Source: Raillietiella orientalis
Lineage: Eukaryota
Reading direction: 5' to 3'
Length of the DNA: 64,000 bases
NCBI GenBank assembly: GCA_036172245.1
Contig: JAYWIR010000007.1
Coordinates: 1,984,001 to 2,048,000, forward strand
Made by a program: the position numbers and the translations under genes. The notes beneath the pieces were generated by a model. It saw nothing but the letters and a program-made list of their open reading frames with translations. It did not search any database and was not told the DNA's origin. This document shows, piece after piece, positions 1-13,700 of the stretch; the first letter of the stretch is position 1; every line of letters starts with the position of its first letter.

Positions 1-1340
1 TGGGTCCAGCAGGCCACCGTCAACGCGCGGGACCTTCCTTTTGCCGCTGCGGAATGTAGCTTCGGCAGGTGACCACGCTCACTCGGAAGAACATGGATGA
101 GACGCATCTCCTGCCGTCCCGCGAGCGGTGTTGCCTGGTTACAGGAAACAGTCCGCACGTGGGCGAGGAGCCGGAAACAAGGCACGGAACGGGTGCATGC
201 GGTTCCTTTTCGTGCGCAACAACCGTCCTGCCACGCTCCAAGACATCCTGGAGAATCCCGAAAAAAGCGTCCGGGCAGGAAGAACTTCCCTCGCCGCAGC
301 GCTGCCCTCCTTCAGGGAACAACTGAGCAGCTTCATGGCTGCGAAATATGAAGTTGAGGTGAACACCTCAGGAAGAGAAAAAAGACTGGACGAGTGGAAG
401 ACGGGCCAGATCACCGACGCTGCAACCGCAAGTACAACACCCCATGGACGCTTGGGCGAGCTACTGGATGAAGTGGCCCCGTGCTTATGGAGAGTCGTAC
501 CCTCCCCATGAAGTGGCAGCAGTTGGCGCTGCTGCACTGGGGTCTCCCATGCAACGCCCGCCGTCACCACTGGACGCGTGTATGTGTAGACCCCAACTGT
601 GTGAGGTGTGGGGAACAGAAATCCCCCTCCTCCTACTTGCTAGTGAACTGTGTTGTTGCCCTCCGACCCCTTTCTGGACGCTTTGCTGCAACCCTAGGAT
701 CCCCCGGTTGCAACTCCAGGGACGCTTTGAGATCCCTCCTCGTTCGCGATACCCTTCGGCCGGCAGCCTCTCTAGCAGCAGCTCTCCGCTGACTACGCGG
801 GATCGTCCCGAATCGACGTGAGGGAAGAGCGGAGACATGGGTGTCACATCCACTTCGCCGTCCATTTGATGAGGATGGCAATGCGATGGCCCCACCTGGA
901 CATCCTAATACAGCAAGAGCTCGCCGGCATCCTGCAGAGGATGCAAAGGAGCCGCCCCAGCAGACAGTAATCCCTTCCCGCATCCCCCCTAAAGTTGTTT
1001 TATTTGTCTTTTGTTCTTGCCTTTTTTCTTTTTGTTTGTCCTCTCCCCTCTGGTACCGCGGCGGACCCTAGCGGTCTGCAAACCGGTGACCAGGCAGGCT
1101 CCCGTGAAATTGCGCGTGGTTGGTCCGGTGGTCCAACAACAGATTTCGTAAATGTTTATTGTTTTTTCATGAATAAACGGCCCGAGGTACCCGGGTGGGA
1201 GTCGAAGACTCCCGGGTGCCACGATCGTGCCGCGTTGCACCCGTTCCTCCTCTGCACGTGCTTGCGGTGGCACGCACACGCGTCTGCCATGTAGCATGGA
1301 CGCCGGTGAGTGATGAGTACGAGGCACGTCGTATCTACGC
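1..1340 (+). mobile_element. Degenerate 3' end of an L1/Tx1-like non-LTR retrotransposon (zf-RVT, ORF2 C-terminus, 3' UTR)
   Basis: Frame 481-792 reads WQQLALLHWGLPCNARR...DPNCVRCGEQKSPSSYLLVNC, a zf-RVT-like pattern. Sequence from about 800 onward is repeated, diverged, from about 18490. Ends approximate. Confidence 0.65.
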
Positions 1341-1899
1341 ATCAGCGTGGAAGAAAAATGTCAGGTGATCCCCCCCCCTATCTCCGCCAAGCTGTGTACT
1401 TCAAAGCTACCATAGCAAATGAACGTACACGGTCGCGAACGCAGCAGATAAGCCAGCGGTACGGGACGTGATTTATGCGCGCGGGAAGAACGTCGGAAGC
1501 AGGGAAGACAACCCCGAGCACAACTGGACGAGGAAAAGGAACAGCGCGCGTCCGAAACGGGGGTGGATCCACTGAACCTCCACATGGGGAAGGGGAGGGA
1601 GGAATCCGCATCTGCGAGTAGAAAAAAGCTCCAGGACGTTCTCGAAGCGCGCGGCCCGCGGGAGCGCCTCGCGCGTTCGCCCAGCCCGGCTGGACGGCGC
1701 TGCGAGGACGCGCGCAGCAACAAGGAGGCATGCCCGAACGTCCAGTCCTCGAGAAATGGCTCTTCTCCTTCCCCCTTCCACCACAGCCGCCTTCTCTCGA
1801 CCCTCCTCTCCCCTCCCCTCCTCCCAGACGACCTCGGAGCCGCGGGCTCTTCGTGGGGACGGGGGGTCCCTCTCGCTGCTGCTTCCGCGATCTTCCGCT

Positions 1900-4560
1900 T
1901 CGGAGGCACGAGAGCGGGACTCCGCGCCCCGGGGACGTCGCCTTAGAGAAGCAATCCGCCCAAGAGAGCGCGCGCGAAGAGGGTTCCGGAGACGGGAAGC
2001 AGAGGTTAGGGGAACCGAGCTGGAGTTTCCGGTTGCCGAAGACTCTTGCGCTCTGGAGAGGCGTCAGGCAGTTCCGCGGCACAGGGGCGGCGATGGAAGG
2101 TTGTCCCCCGAGGGAAGTGGACGGCTCCGTTCTCATAACCGGTATGGAAAGAGGCCTTTTGGTTCTCGGAAGGTCAGCTTCCTGGCCAGCCAACGGGGGA
2201 CATCCGTCTGCTTCTGTCAGAGCTGCAGGCGAACTTCTACCAGTGTCACCCTGCGGGGGGGAGGGGGAAGGGGACTCGAAATCCACAACGCACTCCCCTT
2301 CCGCACTTCCCACTTTTTCGTTCTCGGCGTCGGTCGATGCTCCTCCGCCCCGGGCGGGATTCGAACCCGCGACGCCTGGCGCCACGCGCGTAGACCGCAG
2401 CCCACGTGGGCCCCTCTTGGGGCAAGGCTTGTGCACTCGGTTCTTCCTCGGTATTTCAAAAGGCATCCCTCCCTCTTCCCCCCCCCCCTCCTGTCACCAA
2501 ATCACCGGAGGAGGAGGCACCAGGGAGCGGTGAGCTCGCTACCCGGATGGTATGCAGGAGCGCGACTTCCCTCTTCGGCGGTGAGGAGGACGGCGGTCTC
2601 CAGGAAGAGAAGAATCTCCAGGTCTCCATGCCCAAAGGCCCGCACTTCCCGGGACCATTCCTTCGCGTCCGCCTCCCTCTTTCCCGCCGGCCCCGGAGTC
2701 CGGCTCGTCCGGGAGGGGGGCGGCTGCGGCGGAGTCTCAGCGGGGCGCACCTGGGTTGTTCGTTGATTCTGCCGGGCGTTCCTGCCTGCCCTCCCTGGGC
2801 TGACCGGCTGAGGATTCCTCTCTGGCGGATGGGCAGCCTGGTCTGGATGACAGGTGGTCCCCTCCCTCCTCCCCACTGCCGCCCACCCCCCGCGGAGGCT
2901 TTCTCCGTCGTCAGATCCGCGACTGGAGCGCGCGCGCGAGAGAGAGAGAGGGGAAGAAGGGGGGGAGGGAGAAGCTCACTTTCTGTGTCCTGGCTTCCCT
3001 TAGCGGGAGAGTGACGTCGGTAGGAATCTCCGGACCAGGATAAGAGTCGCTGCTGAGGTCGCCGGATAGCAAGCCGGGCAGCCCCGGAGGCTCCCTGCCG
3101 GGCTGGGACTCGCAACCGTGCATGAGAGGGCGCGCCACCCTTGCCTGGATCGCGTCCTGAGGAAGCGCTCGTGTTGGGACGGGGGCGGGGGAAAGAAGCG
3201 CGCCTTTCCTCGCTCGCCGTACAGACCAGTGCGCGCACGCCTCCCTGTGATGGCGCCGCGCCCTCCGGTGTCGCCCGCCCCTGGTCCCGCCAAAGCCACC
3301 TCTGGTCACACGGCTTACGCGAGTGGGGGTATTCCTGGAAGCCACGGACCACTGTGCCTTGCCCATCGCCGAAGCGCGCGCCCTCGCCCGAGCGCGTGCG
3401 CCCCACGAGAGGGAGGCTGGGGCAAAGGGGAACCAGGAGAAAGGTGGGAAGGAAGAAAGCCTGGAATTCGGATCCCGGGAAGAGGGCAGTCGGTTCCGTT
3501 TTCACGGAGATCTCGCTCTTCGGGCTCGCTCCCAGATGCATCCCCCCTCCCCGCGTGAGCGACGATGGGGAGGGAGAGGAAGGAGGGAAGAGCAGCCGTC
3601 CCTCGGCAAACCTGGACCGACCTCCCCGCCTGGACCGACTTCGGAGCGCTGGGACACCATGTCCTGGGACGCCCAGCGGAAACTTCGCGTAGGCGCCAAT
3701 GCTTCCGGGAGCCAAAAGAACCTCATCGGAGCGCCGGGAGTCCTCCTCTCGAGAGGGAGGGCTCGAGGCCCGTACAGGGGCAGACGATGGCGCTGCTCCG
3801 TCGGTCACGGACGGGACGGGCACCCTCCGAGAGTCCGCGGGCAACGGAAACCACGCGTAGTGATCCTTTGGGATGAAAGAAGAGGCGCAGGGAAGCGGAG
3901 GAGAGCTCTTTCGGAAGAAGAGGGACGAAGCGCAAAGTGAAGCGAACGCGTCCCCGCTCCCTGCGTTCCTCCCAGCCCACTGGTGGCGAGGTAGCCGCAG
4001 CCAGTCGGTCCGTTTCCGGACGGGTCCGCTTCGGGGAAGAAGTTCCGCGCGTGGGCCGGCCGGCGTAGCCAAGGGGACCGTCCGTCTCGGATAGGGGCGG
4101 GCAGCACGAAGAAGACAGGTGTTCCCCCCTCCCCCATCAGTGCCTTCCGTCCCTGCTGCTGCGGCCTCCCGCTGTCCTCCTTGGAGATCAGTTCCTCTTG
4201 CCCCACTCCCGGGTTTCGCATTTTCGCAGACACCGGCGCCCGCTTTGCAGAAATCGCCTTCGACAGTCCCCCCCCCCCTCCCATAGCAGCTCCTTCCCTC
4301 TCCCGAACGCGGAGGTTGGGAGGTGGGAGGTGGGAGGGTATTCTTCGAGCCCTCCAGACGACGATGGCCTTGCGATCTCTTCCAGGAACCTTCTTCACTC
4401 GGTTATCGATCCCTAGGTGCATTCTCACGGCTTCACCTCGACGAAACAAGAGTCCCTTCGACGGCGGGAAAACCGAGCCGACGCCCGCCGATACGACTTT
4501 CCGAGTTCCTTGCGCCGGCCTCTATGGAAAGTTCTTTTGCACCGTGGGAAAGTTGGGGAT
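1900..4560 (-). mobile_element. Highly decayed LINE 5' part (ORF1-like and APE endonuclease remnants)
   Basis: Colinear remnants across frames: GIDNRVK..RRIPSHL (ORF1-like, about 4400), DLEILLFLET (DIxxLQET-like, about 2620), AAVYAR (VYAP-like, about 2390), CVVDFE (GDFN-like), GNRKLQ (WKLN-like). Confidence 0.35.
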
Positions 4561-6699
4561 GGCTGCACGCCGCTCTCGTCAGACGCGCAATCGGCGAATT
4601 AATAAAAAACGGCAGAGACCGAACTTTCTCAGAAAACTGAATTCTGAGGAGGGCTTGGCTCCTGGATCTGCAGCGATAAGGGGCATGGGGACGCGATGCT
4701 TCTGCGAAACTGGCAAAAGATTGACGAAGTAAAAATGCAAATCACGGGAACAGAAGCGCAAGGCCTGGTGCGCGTTAAGGTACTGATAAACACGGAGAAA
4801 AAGACATACACGTGCAGTACAGTGAATGTAAACTGTTTACGTTCCCAACGCATTTGTACATGCATTCACAAACAAGTTCCCTGGAACGGAAGCCTTAAAT
4901 ATTTGTTTTACTTTTCCAAAGATGAGCTACGGAATTCGGTTATGATTTTAAAAATTACGTGTTCGAGAATCGGCTGAGTCTTTGCTCTCTCTGTTCGCAA
5001 ACTTGAATCGAAATGCATCCTCCGGTGTGGGGAAGGAAAAAGGAAGAAGAAAGCCGACGTTATGTCGCGCTGAAATTCGCCGTTCAGTAAACGCGTCGGA
5101 CGATTTTATTCCCGCTTGTGAAACATGGGAGAACTTCGACCTGTAAATCAAATTCACTCGCAATTCAAGGTATTGCTGCGATTACATCGCAGACGCCTCA
5201 AAGACAAAGAAATTCGCAGTGCTGCGAAACTCACTTTTGCGAAGCAGCAGCAGCAGGAGCAGCAGGAAAGGCAGAGCTGGTATAACTATGCAGCAGCTCC
5301 CACGTTGCGAGCGCCGGTAACAATGAGCTCACTAAACGTGTTTGCGCTCCGTAGCATGGCAACCTCGAAAACAGTTGAATGTTTGTTGAGATCACATGGC
5401 TACCAAATACCTCATCCGGAAAATAAGTAATTCAAAAACCTTTTCCTTTTTTTCCTTTTTTTTTCCCTTTGAAGAAAAAACACACACACAAAAAACAAAA
5501 ACAAAAACAAAGGAACACAAAGAAAACAACATTGTTGTGCGACAAAACAACTGCACTTCCCCCCCCCCCTTCCTTTTTTTTGGTTCTGTTTTTTCACACC
5601 GACTATTAGCGAATCCGTTCTCGTTTGGGAACAGAAGCGAAAATATGCCTCTGGATTCCAAAGAACATTTGTCGGGCAAATGAGTTCATAATTGAAAAGG
5701 AAGGAAAAGGACAAAAAAAAAAAAAAGGAAAGAAAGGAAAAGAAACGCTGGAAACCGAATGCCGGTCGGAATGAACGCGTACGTTCCTTACGGCTAATCA
5801 CTCTATAAATGGATGCCCGATGACAGCCACGTTAAAAATGAAACAAAGAGTTGCTCTGAGCTGACATTGCACGAAATCCGAAGAAATTCCTGATAGGACG
5901 ATGTTCGCTGCAACTTATCGAAAGCTTGCCTGATCAGTGTTCAAACATCCGTGTTCGCCGAACGTGTTGTGCCGCTTTCCGCGTGTGAGCAGGACCCGGC
6001 TATTTATAATTTAATAGAGGTTTTCGGGAACCCGGAGAACTCTCTGCCATTTCAGATCCGAGACGTGGAAGGAACTGTTTTCCGTGCAGGCATAAATTTC
6101 GGAAATTTCAGACAAAACCGTCAAGATGCTTGAGATACCAGGTGAGATGGATTTCGAATTTATGCATGCCGTACATCAAATAGCGAACGTGCGTGTACCC
6201 TGAAGAGATTGAATGCTTGACAGATCATACAATCCAACGACGTGGGAAAAAAAAAATTGCCAACAAACTCCTTAAGAATAAGCGACAAAAGGTCTGGTCA
6301 AATGCTGATCCTGGAAAAAAGGCTCGTAAACTTAAGTACCACACAAAAGAGATAAGAGGCTGTAAAATTTGCCATCACGTTATGAAAGCTTTCCTGCCCG
6401 TGCCGGAGCGATTCTCGGATTTCCAGGGTCAGTATCGTTCGATACTGCCATTTTGCAGGCCTCGATCCCATTCTCTCCGACGAAGGGGGTGAAGGGCATG
6501 CCGCTCGCGTCCCGCAGGTAGGCAAGAAAAACGAATCCGGGTTCCCAGGTCACGCGGACGGCGCTCGCAGCGCCGTGCGTGCGTTCGAACGTGGACGGGG
6601 GCCCCGGGCCCGCGTGGGAAACTCTCCGGCCCTTCTCGGCCACAAGCGCCTGAGGAGAGGGGGGGGGGGAGGGCTGCTGGTCAATGCGGCCGGCCGCCA

Positions 6700-9600
6700 C
6701 CTCCCTTCCTCTCCCCCTCTCTCGACGGCGTCCGCCACGACCATTTCAGCTCCGCTCCTTCCTTACCTCCAGCTCTCTCGGGTGCTCCGCGGTGGAGGTT
6801 CGACTTTGCCGCCTGCGCCCGGAGAGGCGGAGGGGAGCGCCAGGCAGGGGGAAGGGGGGGGGGGGAGCGCTCGCGCGCGCGGCGGAGTCTTCCCGCGCGC
6901 AAGTGGCAGAAGAGGTGCGGCGACCGTGCTGGAGGTGTTGCCGGGCAACACGGCTCTGCGTTCTCGGCAGCTCGGAGGGAGCGCGGCTGCGGGCACCGGA
7001 ACGTTGCCGGCTGCCCTGGAGAAAGCTCAAAAGGACTCCGAAGGGATCTCAGTTTTCGAACAGCATGGGGGACGAAGGGAGCGGGAGGATCGAGAAGAAG
7101 AGTCCCTCGGAACCCTACCTTCCCCCCACTGTCTTCCCGAGGGGGACGGAAGCCCTGAGAACTGGGACGCTTGCTTCTAGGGCCGGAAGAGGGGCAGCGG
7201 CTGCAGGCTGAGGCGCCGCAGCCAGCAGGAGTCGCCTCGAGCCACCGAACTCCCATCGGTCCCTCGGGACTCTGGCGGAAGAGGGGAAGATCCCGATTTT
7301 CTTCCCTTCCCCCCGACCTCTCGGGGAACTGGGGGAGCACAGCGCACCACCCTCAGGGGCGCTCTCAGGAGCGCACCTGGACGACGAAGGGGGTGACGCA
7401 CAGGCACAGTCTCCCTCGTGAGGGGCGCATCTCCCGATTCTTGTGGAACCCCTGGGATCTTGTGCAGGGGAGGATCAAAGCCCATCCTCTTTCCCGCGTC
7501 CAGAAAACGAAAGCGCGCGCATTTTTCGTGCTCTTGGCAGTATTTCGGGACTCCGAAAGGGGAGAAGGGTGGGGTGTGTAGAAGGGAAGAAGCAAACCGG
7601 GCGCCAGCTGCCCCAGGACTACGAAAGGGCCGTTGGGGGGCGCTTTTTCACCGCCTCCGGGGATACGGGAGCTCCCCTCCCGATCTCCCCCCTGCAGATA
7701 CAAGGGAAGGAGAGTTGGCGGGGAGGGGGCGACAGTTCATCCGACGGCACCGCTAGGAGCATCGCGGGTCGCCCGCGATGTTCCATGCCTCCGGTCGACA
7801 GTGGTGCTTCGCTTCCGAAGGGGTGGCAGAGAGTCCCGAGGCCGCTTCCTCTTCCTCCATCCGGCGCCCACCGGGAGCTCCTCCTTTCTTCTCTCTCTTT
7901 TTCCCGATCACCCCCCACCCCTCCCCGCTTCCCGGGAGGACGTTTCCGGACACTCTACGTCGTGTTGCTCCTCCTCCCCGACGATTCTAGTCGCGCCGCA
8001 GAGGCAGTGGCCGGGCTCCTCGGACGGATGCGGCCGGCCCTCGGGGGTTCGCTTTCACTTTCCGTCGCCGTTCCCTCTCCCCCCCCCCCTCCTCCTCCCC
8101 TGCACGCGCGTACAGAAAAGCCGAGTGCCGCCCGCAGGAGAAGGAAGGAAGGAAGGAAGTTTCCGGCGAGGGATGCTCGGCGCCAGCGCGGGAAGGTCGG
8201 CCGGGCGTGGGGTCGTCGGGCCTGTCCAAGCGGACGGACGCCTTCTGGTCAGGGTGCATTTCCGCTCGCCCGACCGCCGGAACCGCGCGCGGCGCTTCCC
8301 GTTCGGTTTTCGCCCGCAGCGACGGAGGCGGCGCCTTTTCCCGTTTCCTTGGAAACCGGGGATCTCGGAGTGAGGGAAGCTCCCCCTCCGGGCCCGGGGC
8401 CGGGCGACCCGGCGGTGCTCCCTTCGCCGTCGCCGCTGGCACCCTGCCTCCTTGATCCGGGACGCGCGGGAGATGCCTATCGAAGCCTCCCCTGCCATCC
8501 GATCTCCCCGGTCGTGAGGATGGAGATGCGGTCCGGAGGGCTTATCTCCCGCAGCATCGCCGAAGACGCGCCGGCGAAGCGGAGAAAAGCCGGGCGCTCC
8601 CCCGTCCCTCGGGACGACAGCGATCGGTCGCTCGCGGAGCACGCGCAACCGCCGCCGACAGGACGGCCTCCTCCCGCCTACGGGCTCTCCTCCGGGGAGG
8701 CGTCTTCACCTCCTCCTCCCCGTCTTCCTTCCCCATGCGGGGTCACGACCTGCCCGGCAGGCGCGCGCGCCCCTCCTTCCGGGCACAGTCTCCTCGGCGG
8801 ACTTCCTGCCGAGCGCGCGCGGACCGGTCAGTTTCCGGCCTCGACGACCGTCGGAAAAGAGAGAGAGAGAGGGGGGGGGGGAACGAGCCCGGATCCCAGA
8901 GGGAGTAGCAGCGCCTCGGGGATAGTGGCACAGCCATAGATCTCCCGTCCGCTCTCGACCGGGAGGGGCGGGCACTCGGACGGAGGAAGGGGTGACGAGA
9001 TGCCCTGCGGGTTCCGAGAGAGGTGATGGCAGCGCCCTCTGCAGGGACGCGCACTCCTCGAGGGCGCCCGGTCTTCCAGGAGCAAGCGGCAGCTGGTAAG
9101 ATGGGGAATCTGCTCCTCTCATCGCGGGAGGGGGATGATAAGGGAGCGAAGGCGAATTCCCTGGCAAGGTGCCACCAGGGAGCGGCTGCGGGCTGGAAGA
9201 GGGCGGTTCTCGCGAGACAAGGGAAACTTTCCGAGGCGGGAGGACTTTCGTGTCCCTGCGAAGGTCACGGAGGGAGGGGGGGGGGAAGGAGGGGCAGCCA
9301 CCTCCTCCTCTCTCTCTCTCTCTCTCTCTCGCCGCCGAAAACTTCCGGTAGATTGGGACACTACGGGCCGTCTGACCTGCAGAGGACGCCTCGTTTCCCG
9401 GGGATCCCTTCGGAGGTGGCCGCGCGGGGAAGCGCGCCTGCTCGTGCTCGGGAGGAGGAGCCTCCCGGCCGGCCAGCTGGGGCGCTTCGGTCACGGGGAG
9501 TTCGCTCGCCTACCGACTGCCACCCGTTGTTGTCTCGAGGACGGCTCCCCGTCCTGACCTCTCACCTGGCGCGCCGTCCCCTTTCTGCCGACACTCGCAC

Positions 9601-10000
9601 TCTCGATCCGGCCTGACGGGTAGCGTCGCACGCACGCCCCCCATGGTTGGGCCGTGCCCGATTCCGATTGGTCGACTGGGCAGCGAACGGACTGCCGCCC
9701 AGTCTGCTTCCTCCCTGCTCTCTCTCTTCGGACGTGGAGTCCACAGCGGCGCGGAGGCAGCGGAAGGAAGGGACCACGTGACTCGGAAGGGGCGGGGGGG
9801 GAGGGTCGCACGGACCCACGCGTGGCGCTTGCACACCTTCACTTTTTGGTGCCAGGCCGGGAGGCTTCCCCGGGAGGCTCATGTGGAAGACTGGCGGGGT
9901 GGGATGCTGGCCTTGGGCTGCATCTCGGCACGATGCGGTCAGCTCCAGGGAAACGCTCGGCGGGCCGGGAGCAGGTAAATAAGTGGCGAACGCTTCCGGT
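6700..10000 (+). mobile_element. Highly decayed LINE ORF2 (APE and RT remnants)
   Basis: In the expected order: DSEGISV, ERTWTT..GRISRFLWNP..HPLSR (TW..RID..SDH-like), GRTPSGQG, AYRSLP, an AFDxV-like stretch near 8840, PPKTSG, RFPGIP (YLG-like), RKGRGG. Confidence 0.45.
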
Positions 10001-10679
10001 AGATGGCGTCAGCGGTCCCTCGCGTTGAAATCACGTGGAAGCAAGTGCGCGGCTGCTACCGAATGAGCGGAGAGAGAGAGAGAGAGGCGGGACCGGTCGG
10101 GAGGATGCATCTCCGTTTCTTTTCTTCCGACTCCCGCAACGACTGGTGGCAAACTCTGGAATCCACCCGCGCACACAGTTTTTCCCTGGACGGTTTCCGC
10201 GCCTCCCGCCAGGATCGCTAGCCGCGCCGTGCGAAGCAGCGCCCGCTTGAACTTGGGAAATCTTTGCGTGCAGCCGTCTCGGACGCCAAAGCAGCGACTG
10301 CGCCCCCTTTCGGAAAAATAAAAAAGAGCCACCGCCTCGTTGTTTGTCCTTTTTTCTTCTCCGTGTCGTCTGAAAGTTGTTTTTGTTGAGATTACGGGGG
10401 GGGGGGAGGGGAAAAAAAGAAGAAAACGTCACGTAAAGTGTACACGGCGCTTTCACGCAAAACAGGATCTTCGTAGGTTTGGCAACCTGCTGCTTCGTGG
10501 TTCGTACGAATCCAGTTTGGAGGAGGAGGAGGAGGAGGAAAGGGAGGGACGTGGCGAGAGGGGGGTGGGAGAGATAGGCAAAAAAAAAAAAAGAAATGCC
10601 GCGTTTCTTTTCTTCTTCCTCTCTTCTTTATTATTTTTTTGTTGTTCTCGGGTCGGATCCATAACAGAGCGAGACGACG

Positions 10680-13600
10680 AACACGAGGTGTCTGTGTCCA
10701 GGAATCGGGTCGCGCACTGCGCTTTGCCTGCCACGTCCCGGGGCGAGGAGGACGAAACCCGAGGTGGAAGCCTCCCGGGGGGGGAGTGACCGAGGGGTCA
10801 CCCGCATTGTCGGGCCCTTCCTCCTCCCCGCCCTTGCGGCAGCTCCTCGTGAACCGGGTAAGCGGAGCGCCTGGACGGTGGCGCGCCACCTCGCCCGCTA
10901 TTGGGACCAGTCGGCTCAGAGAGTCTGCATGTGAGAGTTCCCCGCACGAGTCACCCCTGCGCAGCGCAGCCGGGGGGCAGGGGAGAAAGGGTCGGGGCGG
11001 AGGGGGAGTTCTCGGGGTCGCGGAAGGGCGGAGGAGGGCAGCTCGAGGGTGCGCAGGAGAGGAAGCGCCCCCGGCAGGCAGAGCTACTCCACGATGCGGA
11101 GGAGGGAAGGAGGAGAAGGGGTCGGGGAGCGGAGGTTCCCCGTGCGACCCGTTGCGAAATCCGGTCGCCACGTGCGAAGCGCGCATTTGGAGCAAGAAGG
11201 AAAGGGGAGGAGGGGGGGGGGGAAAGGCGCCCTTCTGAAGACGTCCGTGAGGGGCTCGTGCGCCCCTTCCACCCTCTCAGTCGTCGCGCTACGTCCGGAC
11301 GGAAGACCGGAAGCGGCGCCGAGGGCAAATGAGGACGCCATCCCATCGCCTTCGTGGGAACTGGTGGGGGAGCCCCCGACTGCCCCTCTCCCCACGGAAG
11401 GGGTCGCCGCTTCCCCTCGGCGTCGGGACACGTCTCTCAAGGGGAGATGGGCGAGGGCGCCCGGTAAGGCCCCCCACCTTCGCACGTTTGGCCGCGGAGA
11501 CTCCAGAGCAGTGGCTGGGAGAAGGGGGAGGGGTCGCGGAGCAGGGGTTTCTCTCCTCGCCGACGGGCCGCGGTAGCCACGGCGACGCCAGGAGTCGTCT
11601 CGGCGCCCGCGAGGAGCGCGCGAAAGCGAAAACTGCAGCGGTACGGTTGCCATGACAACGAGCCGTGTGGTCCTCCGTGATCCTTGCCTCCTCCCCTTCC
11701 TCGGAGGACGCATGAAGTCGGCGGTGGCGGAGGAAGAGATACTACGATGAGGATGACCGCCCCCGCCCGCAAGCACGGAGGCGGTTCCCAGGGGAACCGC
11801 CTTCTCCCCCCTCCCCACCCGCCGCTGCGCGGTGGGCGGGTTAAGGGAGAGAGGCGTGGCCTGCAGCCCCCCACCCCAGCTAGCAACGACCCTCGTTCTC
11901 TCCCTTTCCCTCCAGTGGGGTTTGAGAGAGGATCACGGCCGCCCCAGCCCCCGAAGCGCCCCGGTCGCCTGAAAACCTCTTTCCAGCTCCTCTCTGTGGC
12001 AACTGGGGTGTCTCCCTGAACCGCCTAAGGGGCGAAGGGCGCGCGCGGTCTCTTTTCGCCAGCCTCTGGACCCCATGCTGCTGCTGCTACTGTCAGATCC
12101 TTTCGTCCCCCCCCCCTCTTCCCCCTTCGGAGGCGGCCACGCCTCCGCTGTGCGCCTGCAGGGGACCGCGAGCGCCTCCGGGAGCTGGCGGACGAGAGAG
12201 GCCTCGCCAGGGGTGACTGCGGAGAGGGCGGCTTGTCGGCGCGCAAGAGTCCGTCTCCGGGAGTCGGCAGGGGGTGACATCTGTGAGTCCTCCAGGCCAC
12301 CACCGGAAACAAAGGCAGCCGACCGGGTGAACGAGGCGGCGCCGCCGGCGCGTGCACGAAGGGCGACTCCCGGAAGGGGGAAGGAAGGGGAGGGGGGAAA
12401 AGGCGAGCCGGGAGACCGGCGTGTGGGAATCTCCCACGCCCGTCCCGCGCGGAGGGACTCGCGGCCGCGGTCCACCCTCCAGGTGTCAGAGTGCCTCCTC
12501 CTGCACGACTCCACATCCCGCGCGCGCGCGGGCTGATCCGCTGCGCACCCCAGCGCTCTGGCCGGGTGGCGGAGCGCGCGCGCGATCCCCTAGGAGGGAG
12601 CAACCGAGCCTGGGCGAGGCGAGCGATTCCACCACCCCACCTGGATCGCCCCTTCAGCAGGACCCGCCTCCTCTCCAGAGGGATTGGGATGGGGGGGAGC
12701 GAGTGCTGTACGGGGGTGGGAGGCAAACCCCTACCCGGACCCATCATCTGACGGCCCCCTCATCTTCTACTGGTGGCGCCAGTCGCGCTCCTCCTCCGTC
12801 GCTCTGGCCCTCCATGCAGAAGACATCCGAGGGACGCACCCTGTCCGTGGGACCCCTCCCAAAGTGCCTTCCAAGATGGGGGTAAGGGATGGGGCAGGAG
12901 CCGGGGCGCATAGCCCTCGCGGAAAGCGTCCACGAAGCGCCTCCTAGTACGCGCGCGCACCCACACGTCGAGGAAGGCGAAGGAGCGACCGGGACTGTTG
13001 GTTCCCTGGGGAGGACGGGTTCCTGACCGGGGAGGAGACGCAGCTCCGGCCCCCTAAAAGTCAGCTCTCCCCCCTCCTCTCATGAGACGGAGACCACTCC
13101 GAGAGGAATTGCCAAACGGAGCGGCCACTCCCCTTCCTGGAGGAGGAGGGGGGGCGTGGAAGGAAGGACCGCTCGCGAGGACCCCTTGCTCCCTTCCTGG
13201 CGTTCCTCACCTCCGGATGCCGGAGCCTCCGCCCTTCCGGGCCTTGGTGCCACCGGCCTCCTGTGGGAAGAACGAATCTTCTCTTCCCTCCCGCACCTCA
13301 AGGCCCCCCGAGGACGCGTTCATGTTCTTCCTGCCCTTCCCCCCTCTCCAATGCGCCGGGACTCCGGAACTCCTACTTCTCGGAGTCCTGGGAGAGAAGG
13401 GACCTTCCGTGTCCCCTCTCTTCAACCAGTTCAGGAGGCGGAGCTGACCAGGGGAACGTCCCCCGCCCCCCGTGTGCCCCTCCGAGACCGCCGTATTCCT
13501 CTGTGATGCTGGCGCGGTTCCTCTGAGCCGCTGTGGACGCGCCCATTCGGGAGTGCCGAAGGGCTGGGGTGGCGCTCTCCCTCCCTCCCGGGAGCCCGGG

Positions 13601-13700
13601 GCGAGATTTCCTGGATGGTCGGAGGGAGGCGTGAGGAGAGGGAAGAAGGTAGGGTGGCGTTTCCCTCAGCCAGGGACACCAGGATCCCTTTTTCCTCCCG
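10680..13700 (+). mobile_element. Highly decayed LINE ORF2
   Basis: GVCVQES (about 10690), APGKAP (about 11460), RLKTSFQ (DxxKAFD-like, about 11970), GGAGTCGGCAGGGGTGAC reading as GVRQG with a 1-nt deletion (about 12260), LLHDST (YADD-like, about 12500). Confidence 0.4.

Noticed and set aside
2347..2412. tRNA- or SINE-like B box on the - strand (GCGGGTTCGAATCCCGC, a T-arm)
   Set aside because: No convincing D-arm, A box, anticodon arm or acceptor stem. The same bases fit the LINE endonuclease frame (AAVYARGARRRGF). A SINE head remnant is not fully excluded; tRNAscan-SE would decide.
6302..6447. Imperfect 15-bp inverted repeat and CAGTATCG-TT-CGATACTG hairpin
   Set aside because: Short, with no target-site duplication or second copy; compatible with chance.
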